From positions 1,234-65,233 of the forward strand of contig DASQJL010000096.1 in NCBI GenBank assembly GCA_035631035.1: a stretch of 64,000 nucleotides of DNA, in the 5' to 3' direction. Of the stretch, positions 46,710 through 54,859 are shown piece by piece. Positions within the stretch are counted from its first letter, which is position 1. Each line of letters starts with the position of its first letter. Source of the stretch: Candidatus Binatia bacterium. Lineage in GTDB: Bacteria; Eisenbacteria; RBG-16-71-46; SZUA-252. The notes under the pieces are model-generated. The model ran no database searches, was not told the DNA's origin, and was given only the letters and a program-made list of their open reading frames with translations. A program made the position numbers and the translations under genes.

Positions 46710-47714
46710 ATGCTCTCCAAGACACTCCGGGACAGGATCGGGGGGCTGCTCCGGCAAGGCGCTCTGGACATTCCGGTCCCGCACGGGAACGGAGATTCGA
46801 ATGGCCATGCGGCCGCGCCCCCGCTGTTCACCCCCGAGCCGCGTCGCCACTTCGTCGCGACGGGGATCGAGGAGATCCTTCCCGGCGGCGTGATCGAGAC
46901 CGCGCAGGGGACCGTCTTCGCGCATGAGCGGCTCTACACCGATCTGGGAGAGCGTCCCGTACCCCTCCTCCGCCGGCTGGCCGAGCTCTGCGCCTACCCC
47001 GGGTGCGCGCCGGAGCGCCATGGAACGGGTCCACACTGGGTCGAGATCCCCGGCGTCGACTGCCCCTATCCCGCGCTCCCGGAACGCGCGCGCGCGCGCC
47101 GGCGCCGGCCGCGGGATCTGGCGGAGGCGACGGGCCTTCACGACCCTCCGGAGCAGGGGATGTTTCGCCGGTTCGGATACCGGCGCGTGCTCTACTTGGA
47201 CATCGAAACGTGCGGGCTCTCGGCGGCGCCGGTGTTCCTGGTCGGGCTCTGCATGGTGGGGGAGCGGAATCTCATCCTGCGCCAGCTCTTCGCGCGGGAC
47301 TACGCCGAGGAGCGGGCGCTCCTGGTGGAGCTCAAGCGCCTGGCCGGGGAGCACGACTTCCTCGTGACCTTCAACGGCAAGGCGTTCGACGTGCCCTTTC
47401 TTCGCGACCGCGCCGTGCATCACCGCCTCGATCCGCCGATCGCGATGCCCCACCTGGACCTGCTCTGGATGGCGCGCCGGCGCTGGAAGGATCTCCTTCC
47501 GGACTGCAAGCTGAAGACGATCGAATGGCGGGTGCTCCGGCGGAGGCGCGCGGGCGACGTGGGAGGATCGGAGATCCCCGGGCTCTACCACGACTACGTG
47601 AAGCGGGGCGAGGCCCACCGGCTGCTTCCGGTGTTCCATCACAACCTGCTCGACGTGGTCGCGATGGTGGAGCTGACGCCGGTCATCTTCGACCCGGATG
47701 TCGGGATCTACTAG
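46710..47714 (+). CDS. mrfB: MrfB-like RNase H-fold (DEDDh) 3'-5' exonuclease
   Basis: Exo I motif YLDIETCGL. Exo II FNGKAFDVPFL. Exo III H..D (HHNLLDVVAM). Confidence 0.75.
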   Translation: MLSKTLRDRIGGLLRQGALDIPVPHGNGDSNGHAAAPPLFTPEPRRHFVATGIEEILPGGVIETAQGTVFAHERLYTDLGERPVPLLRRLAELCAYPGCAPERHGTGPHWVEIPGVDCPYPALPERARARRRRPRDLAEATGLHDPPEQGMFRRFGYRRVLYLDIETCGLSAAPVFLVGLCMVGERNLILRQLFARDYAEERALLVELKRLAGEHDFLVTFNGKAFDVPFLRDRAVHHRLDPPIAMPHLDLLWMARRRWKDLLPDCKLKTIEWRVLRRRRAGDVGGSEIPGLYHDYVKRGEAHRLLPVFHHNLLDVVAMVELTPVIFDPDVGIY

Positions 47715-47769
47715 AGAGCGGCGACGCGAGCGAGTGATCGAGGAGCGGGAGAGGAGCGGGACGGGGTCC

Positions 47770-48342
47770 CTAGGAGGAGCTTCGCGCGCCCCACATCTCG
47801 CGCGTGAGCTCGAAGCGGAGCGAGCCGGGATCGGACGGGGCCTCGTTCGCCCGCACGAAGCCGTTCTTCTCGAGGACCCGCTGGGAAGGGCGCCCCTCCG
47901 GCAGCGTCTCGGCGACGACGCGGCGTACGCGCGGGTCGCTAAAGGCCCACGCCAGCGTGGCCCCCACCGCCTCCGTGGCCAGCCCTCTCCCGTAGTACTC
48001 CTCCACGATGGAGTACCCGATCTCGATCGTCCCGCGGGGGTCGGGCGGTCCCTTGAAGCCGCCCCCTCCGATCAGGAGCGGCCGCCGCTCCGGCGCGCCC
48101 GCCTGGGGCCGCACCAGCCAGGACCAGCCCAGGAACCCGACCGCCTCGGGGTGCTCCTCCAGCCGGCGGCAGAGGAAGTCGCGCCCCTCCTGGTCGTTCT
48201 CCCCGGGGGGCCAGGCCCCGTGGATCTCGGCCCCCAGCAGACGGGCCAGCTCGGCGCGGTCGGCCGCCTCCGCCCGGGCGATGGCCGGGGTGGAGGCGAT
48301 CAGGAAGAGGCGCTCGGTTTGGAGTTGGATCGACTCGGTCAC
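47770..48342 (-). CDS. GNAT family N-acetyltransferase (RimJ/RimL-like)
   Basis: Acetyl-CoA-binding motif region YGRGLATEAVGATLAWAF. Confidence 0.8.
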   Translation of the reverse strand: MTESIQLQTERLFLIASTPAIARAEAADRAELARLLGAEIHGAWPPGENDQEGRDFLCRRLEEHPEAVGFLGWSWLVRPQAGAPERRPLLIGGGGFKGPPDPRGTIEIGYSIVEEYYGRGLATEAVGATLAWAFSDPRVRRVVAETLPEGRPSQRVLEKNGFVRANEAPSDPGSLRFELTREMWGARSSS

Positions 48343-48453
48343 GACATTATCCTTTCATGCGTACCGAATCTCGGCAACCCAGGAACCACGGCAGGTCCTC
48401 GTTCCATCGAAGTACGATCGCGTCACCCCACAACCCGGAAGGAGTCTTCCCCC

Positions 48454-48990
48454 ATGAAACGCCATCTGCTTGCATTGGGAGTCCTCGCTCTCGCCATGTC
48501 GGCGGCCCCCGCGCTGGCCGACGACGCCGCCACCCCGGCCCAGCCGGACAACGCAGCCCAGATGGCCCAGCCGGCCGCGGCCCAGCACGTGGTCTACGCC
48601 GCCAAGGACCTCAAGTGGATGGATGGCCCCCCGGGTCTCCCCGCGGGCGCCAAGTTCACGGTTCTCGCCGGAAACCCGATGGCGCCGGGGATCTACACGA
48701 TTCGCGCGATGTTCCCCGCCGGCTACAAGATCCCGGCGCACTTCCACGCCGCCGATGAGAACGTCACCGTGATCGCCGGCGAGTTTGGGATCGGCATGGG
48801 CGACGCCCTGGACATGGCGAAGGGCGATGTCATGAGCTCGGGCGGCTTCACGTCGCTTCCGGCCGGCATGCACCACTTCGCCTGGACCAAGAAGGGCGCC
48901 ACGGTCCAGATCCACGGCATGGGGCCGTTCTCGATCACCTACCTGAATCCTTCCGAGGATCCGCGGAACGCCAAGGAAGCCGCCAAGTAA
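48454..48990 (+). CDS. Secreted cupin-domain protein
   Basis: GGAAGGAG SD. Signal peptide MKRHLLALGVLALAMSAAPALA. Cupin His motifs (PAHFHAADENV ... GMHHFAW). Confidence 0.7.
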   Translation: MKRHLLALGVLALAMSAAPALADDAATPAQPDNAAQMAQPAAAQHVVYAAKDLKWMDGPPGLPAGAKFTVLAGNPMAPGIYTIRAMFPAGYKIPAHFHAADENVTVIAGEFGIGMGDALDMAKGDVMSSGGFTSLPAGMHHFAWTKKGATVQIHGMGPFSITYLNPSEDPRNAKEAAK

Positions 48991-49019
48991 CCGTATCCGT
49001 CCGTTGACGCCGAAGCGGC

Positions 49020-49077
49020 GGGGCCGACGTCGTCGAAGGTTCGACTCGACGTCGGGACCCCGCCGTCTTCGTTTCTC
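49020..49077 (+). terminator. Intrinsic terminator of the cupin gene (16-bp stem plus TCTTCGTTTCTC)
   Basis: GGGGCCGACGTCGTCG...CGACTCGACGTCGGGACCCC followed by a T-rich run. Confidence 0.5.
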
Positions 49078-49455
49078 CCGCTAAACCCTGCCGCTACCTT
49101 GTACCGCCACTGGCCCGTCGATTGCTTTCCGTCCCGCTCGCTCCGTCGCCACGACGCGCCCCTGCTTGCGCGTACGGCACGGCGCGACCCGCCGGAACGG
49201 CGGCATCGCGGCTTGGATTGGGGAAGCGGCTCGCGTCGCAAGGGATCGCGCGCCGCAACCGGGAGGCTCTGCCGAGGGACGGAGGCTCGCGGGATGGGTT
49301 TGCCCTGCCGCCTTGCGCCGAGGGAGTCCGCGCGGGGGCAGCGCGCGGCGAGGGTCCGGTCCCACCTTCCACCAGCCATCACGCCTGGGCCCCGCCGCGA
49401 TCAAATCCGGGATCAGCGGCTCACGCCCGCTTCCGCGGCCTTTGGCCGCGGTGGA

Positions 49456-51525
49456 TCAGTACACGCGCACCGGCAGGATCACCATCGCCAGTCCGTGGAA
49501 CGCGAGACGCCGCTGGAGGGCGACGCAGGTCTGGTTGTGGAGCCAGCGAACGATGCTCCCCTCCTTCTGGAACACGAGCTGGCCGGCGAAGGTGACGCTG
49601 CGCGGGAACTGCTCCTGGACCTGGATGCAGAGCTGCTCCAGCTCGTCCACGATGTCGGTGCCGAGCGCCAGGCGCTGCTCGGCGGGGATGCCCAGCTTCC
49701 GCGCGAACTCGACGTACTTCCGGAGCTCCGCCTCCGTGCTGGCGCGAAGCGCCTCGATCTCCTCGGCGCCCTTGAACTGGCCGGAATCGATGGCGCCGAC
49801 CGAGATGAAGATCACCTGCTTGAACTGCCCTGGGAAGACCCGGAACAGGTTCAGGAGCGTGTGAATCCCCAGCCCGCCGAACGAGGTCACGGTGAGCACC
49901 GCGGTGTTCGCGTTCTTCTTCAGCGGCGCCTGCGTGGGCTCGCTCGCGGGCAGCGGCACGGTCGTGAGCGCCTGGTCCAGCCGGTGCAGGCTCTGGTTCG
50001 TACGGACGTAGTGGCGGCGGATCAGGACGCACCCCATGGCCAGAATCGCCGTGGTGAGCAGCGTGGCCCAGCCGCCCTCGGTGAACTTGAAGTAAACGGT
50101 GCCGCACAGGAGGAGCCCGGTCACCGCGAAGCCCAGCGAGCTGATGAAGAGGGCGCGCTTCCACGACTGCCCCTCGCGCCGGAGATTCAGGGCGTCCCGG
50201 CACATGCCGAGCTGCGCGAGCGAGAAGGTCAGGAAGACGTTGATCGAGTAGAGCACGACCAGCAGGTGGACCGCCCCCTGGGTCGCGGCCAGCACGATCG
50301 CGGCGGAGATGGCCATGAAGAGCACGCCGTTCGAGGTGACCAGCCGCTCGGAGAGGCTGGAGAACCGCGAGGGTACCCACCGGTCGAACGCCATGTAGAC
50401 CAGGACGCGCGGCCCGCCCAGGAAGCCGGTCTGCGCCGCGACGAAGAGGAGCGCGCCCGAGGAGATCAGCGTGATCGCGACCAGCGCATGGCCCAGGCTG
50501 CTCCCCGGCGGGAAGACCTGGCCCGAGATCGCGGCGAAGAGAACCGCATTGAGGGTTCGGCCCGGCACCGGCCGCACCTGGTAGAGCAGGTAGCCGAACA
50601 GGATCCCGCCCGCGATGAGCGCGAGCGAGACCGCCATGTAGCGCATCGTGATCTTCGCGGTCTCGACCTTGGGATCGCGCAGCATCGGCACGCCGTTCGA
50701 GACCGCCTCGATCCCCGTGTACGTGCCGCCGCCCAGGGTGAAGGCGCGGAAGAGGATCATGAGAAGACCCACCCAGCCGATCTGCTGGACCGCCACCGAG
50801 GACTGCTCGTGGAGGTGGTTCCACTCGATCGGCACCTGGTGCGCGCTCGAGACGATCCCCGTCACCAGACCCGCGGCGTGGGTCACGATGAAGAGGAGGA
50901 AGATCGGCGAGATCAGCGACACCGACTCCCGGACGCCGCGCAGGTTCAGGAGCGTGAGCGCGCCGAGGAGCAGGAACGTGAAGGGAAGCTTCACGAACTG
51001 GTACTGGGTGGGGAGCACGCTGAAGAGCTGGTCGCTGCAGCTGGCCAGCGAGATCGCCACGGTGAGCACGTAATCCACGAGGAGCGCGCTTCCGGAGGCG
51101 AGCCCGGCCCCCGGTCCGAGCAGCTTGGTCGCGACCACGTAGCCGCCGCCGCCGGCGGGGAAGCGCTCGATGATCCGCTGGTAGCTGGCCGCGATCACGA
51201 AGACGGTGAACGCGGTGAGCAGCGCCAGGGGGATCGCCAGGAAGACATTCCCCTCCAGCGCGAGCCACGCCGCCTCGGGGCCATACGCCGACGACGAGAG
51301 GCCGTCCGCGCCCAGTCCGACCCAGGCGAGGAAGGCGGCAAGGGAGATCTTGTGGAACAGCGCCGGGTCGGTGAACGCGCGCGCGGGTCCGATGATGGCC
51401 GCGAAGAAGCGCTTGGCGAAACGGATGGGCGCCGGCTCGACGATCGTGCCGACCGGAGGCTCAGGCGGCAGCGCGGGGATCTGGTGTCCCGGGTCCGGTT
51501 CTTCCTGGTGGGGTTGCTCGGGCAT
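49456..51525 (-). CDS. kimA: KimA-like K+/H+ symporter (APC superfamily, with C-terminal cytoplasmic domain)
   Basis: Extended similarity to the Bacillus KimA N-terminal half, e.g. SYQRIIERFPAGGGGYVVATKLLG and LLVDYVLTVAISLAS (KimA: SYRQIIYAYPQGGGAYIV, LLVDYILTVAVSISA). Confidence 0.8.
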   Translation of the reverse strand: MPEQPHQEEPDPGHQIPALPPEPPVGTIVEPAPIRFAKRFFAAIIGPARAFTDPALFHKISLAAFLAWVGLGADGLSSSAYGPEAAWLALEGNVFLAIPLALLTAFTVFVIAASYQRIIERFPAGGGGYVVATKLLGPGAGLASGSALLVDYVLTVAISLASCSDQLFSVLPTQYQFVKLPFTFLLLGALTLLNLRGVRESVSLISPIFLLFIVTHAAGLVTGIVSSAHQVPIEWNHLHEQSSVAVQQIGWVGLLMILFRAFTLGGGTYTGIEAVSNGVPMLRDPKVETAKITMRYMAVSLALIAGGILFGYLLYQVRPVPGRTLNAVLFAAISGQVFPPGSSLGHALVAITLISSGALLFVAAQTGFLGGPRVLVYMAFDRWVPSRFSSLSERLVTSNGVLFMAISAAIVLAATQGAVHLLVVLYSINVFLTFSLAQLGMCRDALNLRREGQSWKRALFISSLGFAVTGLLLCGTVYFKFTEGGWATLLTTAILAMGCVLIRRHYVRTNQSLHRLDQALTTVPLPASEPTQAPLKKNANTAVLTVTSFGGLGIHTLLNLFRVFPGQFKQVIFISVGAIDSGQFKGAEEIEALRASTEAELRKYVEFARKLGIPAEQRLALGTDIVDELEQLCIQVQEQFPRSVTFAGQLVFQKEGSIVRWLHNQTCVALQRRLAFHGLAMVILPVRVY

Positions 51526-51558
51526 ATATAAGCGGCGAATCCTACACCCGCCGGGCTC

Positions 51559-51594
51559 ATAAAAACACGCCCCGGCGCTACCCGCGTCGGGGCG
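51559..51594 (-). terminator. Intrinsic terminator of csp (hairpin CGCCCCGGCG/GCGTCGGGGCG plus UUUUUAU on the minus strand)
   Basis: Seen in sequence immediately downstream of the csp stop. Confidence 0.5.
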
Positions 51595-51617
51595 TCAGGT
51601 TACAGGGGGCGTTCGGC

Positions 51618-51821
51618 TCAGACCGGAGTCACGTTGGCGGCCTGCTTTCCCTTGGGCCCCTCCACGATCTCGAACTCCACCACCTGCCCCTCGGACAGGG
51701 TCTTGAAGCCCTCACCCTGGATCGCCGAGTAGTGGACGAAGACGTCCTCGCCGCCGGCCTGCTGGATGAATCCGAATCCCTTGGCCTCGTTGAACCACTT
51801 CACCGTTCCCCGCTTGCGCAT
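51618..51821 (-). CDS. cspA: Cold-shock protein (CspA family)
   Basis: [15 protein letters not shown] (RNP1) and VFVHYSAI (RNP2). Confidence 0.9.
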   Translation of the reverse strand: MRKRGTVKWFNEAKGFGFIQQAGGEDVFVHYSAIQGEGFKTLSEGQVVEFEIVEGPKGKQAANVTPV

Positions 51822-52198
51822 CGAGCGTTCACCTCCCTCCGAGGGACGCGGAAGCGCCCCTTGCGCCGCGCCGAATACGCCAGGAGCCGTCGCGGGGCAC
51901 AGCCGTATCCCCCCGCGACGGCTCCGGACCGTCGGCCAGCCTAGTCGTCTTCGGTGCGTCCTTCGGATTTCGCTTCAGCGTTCGTGCACCGGGTCGTGCT
52001 TTGAATCGTGCCGCGTGCCAGCGCTGAAGCCGGATGACGAGTGCGAGGCAACACTGATGCAGGATTTCAAAGCGTTGTCCTGCCGGGCCGCGCCAAGGGC
52101 CCGGACGCGACGGACCGTAGACCCGCCCTCCGGGGCTGTCAAACCGAAAGTTTCGACTTCGAGCGGACCCACCGGCGCGCGCGTATCGCGATGCGTCT
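51822..52198 (-). promoter_or_regulatory. Long (about 300-370 nt) csp upstream region / 5' leader
   Basis: A TTGACA-17-TACGGT candidate lies near 52120-52160 on the minus strand. The length is typical of cold-shock leaders. Confidence 0.3.
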
Positions 52199-53893
52199 TC
52201 AACGCGTCTGGAGGGAGCGCAGACCGCGGGCGGCGCCCTCCCACGCGATGCGCCCGTCGGTGCGGAACTGGTAGCGCGGATGGCGGCGCAGGAAGGAAAC
52301 CGCGGCCTCGTTCTGGAAGACCCCCGTGGGTTCTGCGGGACCCGCCTTCCGGAAGAGGGTATAGCCGGCGCCCCCTTCGTAGAGGAAGTCGATCGTGGCG
52401 ACCCGGTAGATGCGGTCGTCGTCGAGCGGATGGCCGTTCACGCGGATGTCCGACGCGTAGTCGCCGCTGATCGAGAACCGCACGCCGCTCACCTGGGCGA
52501 AGTCGCTCTTGCCCAGGCGCCGCGCCGCGAAATCCAGGAGCCGCCGGAGGTCGTCGCCGCGCATCGGCACGACGACGATCGTGTTGTCGAAGGGGAACGT
52601 GGAGTAGACGTCCGCCACGGTGACCGGCCCCCGCGGAATCGGAGCGCGGATCCCGCCCGTGTTCATGATGCCGACCTCGGCGCCCGCCGTCTCGCGAAGG
52701 ACCTCGGCCGCGAAGTTCCCGATCGCGGTCTCCACGTCGTCGCGCTGCGGGGTCGGCACCCGCACGCTCGATTCGTACACCGTGGCCCCCATCGCCACGG
52801 TCACCGAGTCGGCCACCGGCCGGAGGAGCGCCGCGATTGTGGAATCCTCGCCATCCTGGGGCCGCACCCGCAGGAGCTCGTAGGAGAACCCGGCGGGCCG
52901 CCCCTGGGCGAGGTAGAGGACGCTTCGTCCGACACGATCGCCCCAGGCCCCGGTCTGCACGATCGGCACGCCCGCGAGTCCGGGAGCCGTTCCGTTCCCG
53001 GCGAAGAGCGGCTCGTCGAGGCGCGTGTGGCTGTGCCCCCCCACGATGAGGTCGATGCCGGGGACGCGCCGCGCGAGCTCCTGGTCGGCGTCCACGCCGA
53101 GGTGCGTCAGGGCGATCACGTAGTCCGCCTGCCCGCGAAGGAGGGGCACGAACCATCGCGCGGCCTCGATCGGATCGGAGACGGCGACGCCCCGGTTGGC
53201 GCTGATGCGCACGATGTTGACGAGGCTCCCCGTGGTGAGGCCGAGGATCGCGATCCGCTTCCCGCGCCACGAGCGGATGAGGTAGGGCTTGGCCAGGAAC
53301 CGGAGCGACGCCGTGCTCGACACGGGCGCGCCCCCGATCCAGCGCGCGCCCCGGCGGACCTCGGGGGGCGGAGCGTCTCCCAGGCTCGACGCCCAGCTGC
53401 TGTCCGCCGCGGCGAACACGTTCGCGCTCAGGACCGGATACTCGGCGAGCGGGCGCAGGGCGAGCCACGCCGCGGGGCCGTCGTCGAGGTCGTGATTGCC
53501 GAGGGCGACCGCGTCGTAGCGCATTGCGGACATCGCGCGGGTGTCGGGGACGCCGCGGAACAGGTTATAGGCGGGCGTCCCCTGGACGATGTCGCCCGCG
53601 TCCAGCAGGAGCAGGTCCGGGTCGCGCATCCGCTCGCGCTCGATCAGCGCCGCGCGCGCGGCCGCTCCGCCGACCAGCGTCGCCTCGCTGCGATGGAAGG
53701 GGAGCAGATGGGAGTGCACGTCGTTCGAATGGAGCACGACGAGCGAGTCCGCGATGGGGCGCGGGGGGGATTCCGGCAAGGCCGCGCCCGGCGCTGCCGC
53801 GGCAATCAGGGCCGCGGCGGTCAGCGCAAACCCGAAAATTAAGCAGCGATACGGAGTTCCGGCTGCGGGCAAACGCCTCAAATGGCTTGACAC
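52199..53893 (-). CDS. Secreted bifunctional metallophosphatase / 5'-nucleotidase (UshA-like)
   Basis: Metallophos motifs (LHSNDVHSH, LDAGD, GNHD, GGHSH) and a C-terminal 5'-nucleotidase domain. Confidence 0.8.
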   Translation of the reverse strand: MSSHLRRLPAAGTPYRCLIFGFALTAAALIAAAAPGAALPESPPRPIADSLVVLHSNDVHSHLLPFHRSEATLVGGAAARAALIERERMRDPDLLLLDAGDIVQGTPAYNLFRGVPDTRAMSAMRYDAVALGNHDLDDGPAAWLALRPLAEYPVLSANVFAAADSSWASSLGDAPPPEVRRGARWIGGAPVSSTASLRFLAKPYLIRSWRGKRIAILGLTTGSLVNIVRISANRGVAVSDPIEAARWFVPLLRGQADYVIALTHLGVDADQELARRVPGIDLIVGGHSHTRLDEPLFAGNGTAPGLAGVPIVQTGAWGDRVGRSVLYLAQGRPAGFSYELLRVRPQDGEDSTIAALLRPVADSVTVAMGATVYESSVRVPTPQRDDVETAIGNFAAEVLRETAGAEVGIMNTGGIRAPIPRGPVTVADVYSTFPFDNTIVVVPMRGDDLRRLLDFAARRLGKSDFAQVSGVRFSISGDYASDIRVNGHPLDDDRIYRVATIDFLYEGGAGYTLFRKAGPAEPTGVFQNEAAVSFLRRHPRYQFRTDGRIAWEGAARGLRSLQTR

Positions 53894-53915
53894 AAGTCGC
53901 GCCTCTCCCTATAGT
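53887..53915 (+). promoter_or_regulatory. Strong sigma70-type promoter TTGACA-17nt-TATAGT
   Basis: Consensus -35 and a near-consensus -10 with 17-nt spacing. It drives the zinc-ribbon/csp operon and is divergent from the 5'-nucleotidase gene. Confidence 0.55.
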
Positions 53916-54040
53916 TACAGTTGGCAAGGCTCAGTCGGTCCGTGCTCGGCGGAGTATCGGCAGCTACGAGTGACAATGCAGTCATCTCCCCAACTCCCGT
54001 CATGCTTCCGTACGCCAAAAGCCCACGGTTCCCGCAGGAG

Positions 54041-54079
54041 GCCCCCACGGTACTCACCCGGTGGGGGCGTTTTTGTTTC
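54041..54079 (+). terminator. Intrinsic-terminator-like hairpin (GCCCCCAC...GTGGGGGC) plus GTTTTTGTTTC inside the 5' leader, 30 nt before the start codon
   Basis: Seen in sequence. The orientation is + only. Candidate attenuator or 3' end of a leader-derived sRNA of about 150 nt. Confidence 0.5.
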
Positions 54080-54109
54080 ATCCAGCAGTGAGTGCGTCTC
54101 GGAGGCTTC

Positions 54110-54436
54110 ATGGCTGACGTGGACAAGGTAATCAAATGTCGCGACTGTGGTGAAGAGTTCGTCTTCACGGTTGGGGAGCAGAACTTCTACAAGGATCGTG
54201 GCTTTCAGCACGAACCCACGCGGTGCCGCCGCTGCCGGGACGAGAAGAAGCGCGCCTCCGGCGGTCCGGTATCGGCTGCCCCGGTGTCGAACGCGGCCCC
54301 TCGGGAGTTCCACGAGGCCGTCTGCTCGTCCTGCGGCCAGATGACGCAGGTTCCATTCCGTCCCACCCCGGGAAAGCCGGTATACTGCAGGGACTGCTTT
54401 CAGAACGTCCGGTCCACGCGAGGCATGAACGTCTAG
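54110..54436 (+). CDS. Zinc-ribbon protein with two CxxC-x17/18-CxxC clusters
   Basis: [15 protein letters not shown]...CRRCRDE and CSSCGQM...CRDCFQN. Confidence 0.7.
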   Translation: MADVDKVIKCRDCGEEFVFTVGEQNFYKDRGFQHEPTRCRRCRDEKKRASGGPVSAAPVSNAAPREFHEAVCSSCGQMTQVPFRPTPGKPVYCRDCFQNVRSTRGMNV

Positions 54437-54506
54437 GCGAACGACCTTTCACCCACGTCATACCCTCATCCCGATCGTTTTCACGCCGAAAGGAGGGGCC
54501 CCGAAC

Positions 54507-54719
54507 TTGAGACACCGCGGCTCAGTCAAGTGGTTCAGCGAGTCCAAGGGTTACGGGTTCATTCAGGAGGATTCGGGAGAAGAGTTCTTCGTCCATCATT
54601 CCGCGATCGTCGCCGACGGCTTCCGCACGCTGAACGAGGGAGAGGTCGTCGAGTTCGACCCGACGGAGGATCAGAACCGAGGCAAGCAGGCCACCAACGT
54701 GGTCCGCGTGCAGCACTAG
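54507..54719 (+). CDS. cspA: Cold-shock protein (CspA family), probable TTG start
   Basis: [23 protein letters not shown] and FFVHHSAI. Confidence 0.85.
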   Translation: MRHRGSVKWFSESKGYGFIQEDSGEEFFVHHSAIVADGFRTLNEGEVVEFDPTEDQNRGKQATNVVRVQH

Positions 54720-54859
54720 AAGGCCGGCGGGGGAAGCCCCGCCGCACGACGACGATGGTCCAGGACCCCGGCGCGCTCCCGCCGGGGTTCGTTTTTTGGC
54801 GCGGATAGAGTAGAGTTTTCGGGTACCCCCAACCATCTCGCCGGAGGATTCGAAACCGA

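Noticed and set aside
51526-51617. c-di-AMP (ydaO) riboswitch upstream of the KimA-like gene
   Set aside because: The space is only about 90 nt, is occupied by the csp terminator hairpin, and has no ydaO-like conserved blocks.
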